64,000 nucleotides of DNA from the human T2T-CHM13v2.0 reference genome, Homo sapiens, in assembly GCF_009914755.1 (NCBI RefSeq), contig NC_060936.1; one strand, given 5' to 3'. Each line of letters begins with the position of its first letter. Position 1 is the stretch's first letter. Position numbers and translations under genes: made by a program. The notes beneath the pieces are model-generated. The model was not told where the DNA came from. It made no database searches and saw only the letters and a program-made list of their open reading frames with translations. Positions 57,190 to 64,000 of this stretch are shown in pieces.

Positions 57190-57836
57190 CTGCATCATCA
57201 GGGTCCAGTCAGAGAACAGACACTACACATTATTTTGAATAGAGAAAGGTTAATGTAAAGAATTCTTAACTAATAACAGGCAGGTAGCTAGCTATAAGGT
57301 GTCAAGAGAACTCTAAAGAATACAGAAATCACAGACACAGTGGCAAATAGACAGCAGTTTCTACCCCTAGGCTGAAGCAGAGCACCCAAGTCAGGAACGA
57401 ATGTGGAAGAAAGCCCTCCATCCAAGGCTGAGATTCACATCTCATTGGAGAAGTAAGGCTATAGGGCCACCGATGGCAGAGGAGTTCACTGAAGCACGTG
57501 TGGCTGGCTGAGGCTGGAAAACAGGAAAGCACCCATGGAGGTGCTGACAAAACATGCCAGGAATCCACCCATTGGGTGCTGATGTAAAAGCTCCAGAATG
57601 AGCTTGGCTAAGTATCTTGCTTATGGTCTAAGTGCAACAGGAGCAAGAAGAAAGGCAAGCACAGGGAAGCATAAAAAGAAGCCCCTTCCTCCTGCAATCT
57701 CCCTCCAGTGTCCTCCATTGACAAAGACGAACATCATGCCAGGTGGCAAAAAATATTTACAGGGCCCAGATATAAAAATCACAGGGTGATGAAGAGCACA
57801 CTTAAAGTTGAGAAGCATCAAATTGATAACTGACAC
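57190..57836 (-). mobile_element. Ancient LTR (LTR78-like)
   Basis: cagggtccagtcagagaacagac...taatgtaaagaatt and cctcctgcaatctccctccagtgtcctccattgacaaag...gataactgacaca. Confidence 0.5.
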
Positions 57837-58643
57837 ACTATCTAACACAAGAGTAAATGGGTTTATGGAATTAAATGAGGAATTCCTAAATTTTGGATGA
57901 GTTGGAGTTTTCTAGGTGGATAATTTGAAGAGGGACATTTATGCCGCATGTAAAAACAAGTTGTAGAGTTGCGAGAACATTACATTGAAGGGATTATAAA
58001 TAATTCTGAAAGATTGTAGTTATCTATGACCATTAGAAGCCCCAAGTATGAGCCCCACCATGTGCAATTATAAATGACATTTTACTTTTACCTAGCTAGC
58101 AATTTCTTAGAAAAGGAAAAGAAATAAAAGACATTAAGAGAAGAAAAATCTTATTTTTCAAAACAACACAATACCTACCTGAAAGTGGAAATTAAAATAG
58201 CTTTTTCTAGACTTATCCAATTATAAAGTTATGGATAGATTCATTTCGTTGAGGTCTCTCATTTTGTGATGTGGGCTGGGGAAGGATGGGGCAGGATGGG
58301 GCTTGCATTCCTGGTGTTTCAAATGTGTGCTTAGTGGGCTTAATAGGTGATCCAGAACTGTCTGTGTGGGAGAAGATGAGACTGCAGAGATTGATAGGGG
58401 CTAGGAAGTTTCTGTTGTTTTCTGGAGACACTATATCATGCCCTAAAAGCATTGCAAAATCTATACCCCCGAGGACAGGTATATATATATATATATCTGT
58501 TGAAATTAACTTTCAACAGATAAGTAGTTCTTATAAATTCTAACAAAATATATTAAAAGATAAAAGCTTCACCATTATTTTTAACAGGTTTTCATGAGCT
58601 CTAATATTTCAGAGTGCTGACTCTTAAATTAACAGCATGGCAA

Positions 58644-61600
58644 AGAGGAGGTGGAGCAAGATGGCCAAATAGAAGCTTCCACTAATCATCCTCCCCATAG
58701 GAACATCAAATGTCACAACTATCTACACAAAAATGCACCTTCCTAGGAAGCAAAAATCCAGATGAGGTGATCACAGTACCTGATTTTAACTTCATATTAC
58801 TGAAAGAGGCACTGAAGAGTATAGGAAAGACAGTCTTGAATCACTGACACCACCCCTCCCCCATCCCCTGACAGTGGCTGCATGGTGCGGAGAGAGAATC
58901 TGCATGCTTCGTGGAGGGAGAGCACAGTAACTATAGGACTTTGCATTGGAGCTCATTGCTACCCTGTCACAGGGGAAAGTAAAACTGGACTCAATTCAGC
59001 CAATGCCCACTGAGGGTGCATTTAAGCCAGCCTTAGCCAGATGGAATCACCCATTCCAGCATTCAGAACTTGAGGGTCTACAAGCCTCACCACTCTAAGC
59101 TGAAGTACTCTGGGTTCCTAAATAAACCTGAAAGACAGTCTAGTCTAGGCCACAAGGACTTCAAGTCTTAGGCAAATCCTAGTGCTGTGCTGGGCTTGCA
59201 GCCAGTGGGCTTAGAGGACACATGACCTAGTGAAACACCAGCGGGACAGTCAAGGGAGTGCTTGTGCCACTCCCCCCTCCAACCTCAGGCAGCACAGCTC
59301 ACAGCAATGAAAGTGACTCACTGCATCTGCTTGAGAAGAGGAGAAGGAAGAGTAAAGAGGACTTAGTCTTGCATCTTAGATACCAACTCAGCTACAGGAT
59401 GATAGGGACCTGTCAGAGTCATGAGGCCCCCAGTTCAGGCACTACCTCCCAGACATTTCTAGACAAACACTGGGCCAGAAAGGAAACCAGTGCCTTGAAT
59501 GGAAGGACCCAGTCCTAGCAGAATTCATCATCTGCTGACAAAAGAGCCTGGGGGCTCTAAATAATTCACAGTGATGCCCAGGTAGTATACTGTAGGCTTT
59601 GCATAAGACTCTAAGACATGCTGGCTTCAGGTGCGACCCAACACATTTCCAGCTGTGGTGGCTATGGTGAGAGACTTATTCTGTTGAGAAAACAGGGAAA
59701 GTAAAAGGGACTTTATCTCACACCTTAGGTGTCAGGTTGGCCACAGTAGGGTACAGCACCAAGCAGGATCTTGGGTCCCTGATTACAGGCTTTGGGCCTC
59801 GGATTTTATTTCTGGACATGCCTTGGGCCAGAGGGGAGCCCAATGTCTTGAAAGGTTAGTCCCAGATCTGGCAGCATTCACCACCAGCTGACTAATGAGC
59901 CCTTGGGCCTTAAGTGAACATCAGCAGTAGCTGGGCAGTACTCCCAGTGGCTCTTTGTTAGTGGTGGCCTGTGGCAAGAGGCTCCTTTGCCTGTGGAAAG
60001 GGAAGGGAAGAGTGGGAAGACCTTTGTCTTGTGGTTTGAGTGCCAGCTTAGCAGAAGTAGAATAGAGAACCAGATAGATTTCTAAGATTTTTACTCCAGT
60101 CCCTGGCTTTTAGATGGCATCTCTGGACTTACCTGGGGCCCTGAGGAACTTGCTGGTCTGAAGTGAAGTACACAAACCTGGCTGGAATCACCATCTGTTG
60201 ATTGTAGAGCCCTGGGGCCTTGATCAAACGTAAGTGGTAGCCAGGCAGTGGTTACTGTGGGCCTTGGGTGAGACTCAGTGCTATGCTGGTTTTGGGTCTG
60301 ACCGAGAACAGTCCCTGTTGTGGTGACCACAGGGGAGCTTGTGTCACCTCTCCTCCAGCTCTAGGTGGCTCAATACAAAGAGAGAGAGAGAGAGACTCCA
60401 TTTGTTTGGGAGAAAGTAAGGGAAGAGAACAAGAGTCTCTGCCTGGTAATCCAGAGAATTCTTCTGGCTCTTATCCAAGTCCACCAAGGCCACACCTCTA
60501 GAAGTCTGCAAGAAGCACGGCAACACTAGACTTGGGATACCTCCTAATGCAGATATATCTGAGATCACAGCACCCAAATCCATTTGAATATCTGAAAAGC
60601 CTTCCCAAGAAGGATGAGTACAAAGAAGCCCAGATTGCAAAGACTATAATAAATACATAACTCTTTAATGCCCAGCCACTGACACATATCCACAAACATC
60701 AACATGACCAAAGAAAACACAGCCTTACCAAATGAATTCAATAAGGCACCAGAGACAAATCCTGGAGAAACAGAGACATGTAACCTCTCAGACAATTCGA
60801 AATAGCTGTTTTGAGGAAACTCAAAGAAATTCAAGATAACACAGAAAAGGAATTCAGAATCCTATCAGATAATTTTAACAAAGAGATTGAAATAATAAAA
60901 AAGAATAAAGCAGAAATTATGGAGTGGAAAAATGCAATTGACATACTGAAGAATGCATCAGAGTTTCTTAATGGCAGAATTGATCAAGCAGAAGAAAGAA
61001 TTAGTGAGCTTGACGGCAGTCTATTTGAAAATACAGTTAGAGGAGACAAACGAAAAAGGAATAAAAAGGAATGATGCACACCTACAAGATGTAAAAAATA
61101 GCCTCAAGGGAGGCAAGGAAGGCAAATCCAAGAGTTATTGACCTTAAAGAAGAGGTAGAGAAAGAGATAAGGGTAGACAGTTTATTCAAAGAGATAATAA
61201 CAGAGAACTTCCCAAACCCAGTACAAGAAGGCTATAGAACACCAAGCAGATTTAACCCAAAGACTACCTCTAGGCATTCAATAATCAAACTCCCAAAGAT
61301 CAAGGATAAAGAAAGGATTCCAAAAGCAGGAAGAGAAAATAAACAAATAACATAAATAACATACAATGGAGCTTCAACACATCTGGCAGCAAATTTTTCA
61401 GTGAAAACCTTGCAGGCCAGAAGAGAGTGGCATTGAATATTTAAAGTGCTGAAGATAAAACACTTTTACTCTAGAATACCATATCCAGTGAAAATATCCT
61501 TCAAACATAAAGGAGAAATAATGACTTTCCCAGACAAAGAAAAGCTGAGGGATTTCCTCAACACCAATCCTGACTTACAAAAAATATTAAAGGGAGTTTG

Positions 61601-64000
61601 TCAATCTGAAAGAAAAGGACATTAGTAAGCAACAAGAAATCACCTGAAGATTCAAAACTCACTGATAATCGTAAGTACACAGAAAAACACAGAATATTAT
61701 AACACTGTAATTGTTGTGTATAAGCTACTCTTAAGTAGAAAGACTAAATGATGAACCAATAAAAATAATAACTACGACAACTTTTCAAGACATAATAAAA
61801 TAGCATATAAATATAACCATGCACAGTGGCTCACACCTGTAATCCCAGCATTTTGAGAGGCTGAGACAGGAGAATTGCTTGAGTTCAGGAGTTGGAGACC
61901 AGCATGGGCAACATAGTGAAACCTCATCAAAAAAAAAGTAAAAAATTAAAAACAAAATTTCAAATATATGAAAAGAAACAACAATAAGTTAAAAAGCAGA
62001 GGATGAAGTTAAAGTGAAGCATTTTGTTTTCTTTTTGCTTGTCTGTTTATGAAATCAGTGTTAACTTGTCATCAGTTTAAAATAATGAGTTATAAGAGAG
62101 TATTTGCAAGCCTCATGGTAACCTCAAATCAAAAAACAACAGATAAAAAATAATAAAAAGGAAGAAATTAAAACATACCACCATAGAAAATTACCTTCAC
62201 TAAAAGGAAGACAGGAAGGAAGGAAAGGAGGAAGAAAAGATTACACACACACACACACACACACATAAAAAAAACAGAAAACAAATAGCATAATGAATGA
62301 CAAGAGTAGGTCGTTACTTATCAATAATAACATTGGATGTAAATGGACTAAACTCTTCAATAAAATACATAAAGTGGCTGAATGGATTAAAAAAAAGACC
62401 CAACAATATGTTGCCTACAAGAAAAACACTTCGCCTGTAAAGATACACATAGACTGAAAATAATGAGATGGAAAAAGGTATTTCATGCCAATTAAACCAA
62501 AAAAGAGTAGGAGTAGCTATACCTATATAAGACAAAATAGATTTCAAGACAAAAACTACATGAAGAGGCAAAGAAAGTCACTATATAATGATAAAGGGGT
62601 CAACTCAGCAAGAGGATATAACAATTGTAAACACATATGCACCTAACTGGAGCATCCAGATATATAAAGCAGATATTGGTTGAGCTAAAGAGAGAGAGAG
62701 ACCCCAGTAAAATAATAGCTAGAGAGAGACTTCAACTCCCAACCATCAGCACTGGACATGTCTCCCAGACAGAAAATCAAAAAGAAATACTGGACTTAAT
62801 CTGCACTATAGAACAAATGGGCCTAATATATATTTACAAAACATTTCATCAAACAGCTACAGATTACATTTTCTTTTCCGCAGCACATGGATCATTCTCA
62901 AAAATAGACCACATATTATATCATAAAAAAGTGTTAAAACATTCAAAAACTGAAATAATATCAAGCATATTATCTGATGACAGTGTAATAAAACTAGAAA
63001 TCAATAATGAGAAGAATTTTGGAAACTACACAAATGCATGGAAATTAAATAATATGCTCCTGAATGACTAGCAGGTCAATGAAGAAATTAAGAAGGGAAT
63101 TGAAAAATGTATTAAAACAAATGATAATGGAAACACAACATACCAAAACCTATGGGATACAGCAAAAACAGTACCAAGAGGGAATTTTATAGCTATAAGT
63201 GCCTACATCAAAAAAGAAGAAAAACTTCAAGTAAACAACCTAACAAAGCATCCTAAAGAACTAGGAAAGCAAGAGCATACCAAACCAATAATCGGTAGAA
63301 GGAAAGAAATAATAAAGATCAGAACAGAAATGAATAAAATTGAAACAAAATGATACAAAGATCAATGAAACAGAAAAGTTTTTTTTGAAATGTAAACAAC
63401 ATTGACAAATCTTTAGTCAGACTAGTTAAGAAAAAAAAAAAACAAAAAAATCAGAGATGAGAAAGGAGACATTAAAACCAATGTCACACAAATCAAAGGA
63501 TCATTTGAGGCTACTATGAGCAACTATATGCCAATAAAATGGAAAATCTAGAAGAAATGGATCACTTGCTAGATACATATGTCCTACCAGATTGAACCAG
63601 GAAGAAATCCAAAACCTGAACAGACCAGTAACAAATAATGAGAACAAAGCCATAATAAAATGTCTCCCAGCAAACAAACAAACAAAAAAAAGCCTAGGTC
63701 CCAATGACTTTACTGCTGAGTTTTACCAGACATTTAATGAAGAACTAATACCAATCCTACTCAAACTCTTCTGAAAAATAGAGGAATAAAGAATATTTCT
63801 GCAACTCATTCTATGAGGCCATTAATTTTCTGATATTGAAACCAGACAAGGATACAGCAAAAAAAAAAAGAAAGAAAGAAAACTACAGGCCAATATATCT
63901 GATGAATAATGATGCAAAAATCTTCAACAAAATACTATCACACTGAATTCAACAACACATTGAAAAGATCATTCATTATGATGAAGTGAAATTTATCCCT
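58644..64000 (+). mobile_element. 5' portion of a long old L1 (L1M1/L1MA-like): 5' UTR, decayed ORF1, ORF2 endonuclease and start of RT; runs off the window
   Basis: Starts ggagcaagatggccaaatagaagc. ORF1-like LRKLKEIQDNTEKEFRIL (60811). ORF2-like fragments FFSAAHGSFSKIDHIL, KLNNMLLND and [25 protein letters not shown], with stops and frameshifts. Confidence 0.95.
61816..61950 (+). mobile_element. Alu left monomer (FLAM_C / half AluJ) in the L1 inter-ORF region
   Basis: cagtggctcacacctgtaatcccagc...gcaacatagtgaaacc plus A-rich tail, no right arm. Confidence 0.85.

Noticed and set aside
60091-63774. L1 ORF1/ORF2 fragments as active genes
   Set aside because: Numerous stops and frameshifts; retrotransposition-incompetent fossil

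Overview
Primate (most likely human) genomic DNA with no intact protein-coding gene. The main feature is an unprocessed, intron-containing pseudogene copy of the 5' part of TMTC1 (protein O-mannosyltransferase, GT-C/TPR family) on the + strand. Four dead exons lie in the parental order: 3235-3446 (inside a retained CpG island), 20056-20232, 26779-26955 and about 36402-36630. They carry stop codons, frameshifts and damaged splice sites. The start codon and the exon encoding VAGIVGRAD were not found. The TMTC1 comparison uses my recollection of the human protein, not a computed alignment. The rest of the window is intron-like DNA rich in transposable elements: about 15 Alu copies, L1s (one 5'-inverted, and the 5' portion of a long old L1 at the right edge), L2/MIR, ERV1/ERVK/ERVL/MaLR LTRs, a MER21-type proviral remnant with integrase traces, and hAT/Tigger DNA transposons. 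Repeat subfamily names are by eye. Structural oddities include two near-perfect tandem triplications (118 bp and 153 bp units) that each capture an LTR 5' terminus, a deletion fusing pseudo-exon 2 to the interior of a Tigger3, and a (GT)22 microsatellite that appears to have arisen inside pseudo-exon 5. I found no evidence of a new multi-gene system. The best lead is a duplicated TMTC1 promoter that may still drive non-coding transcription.
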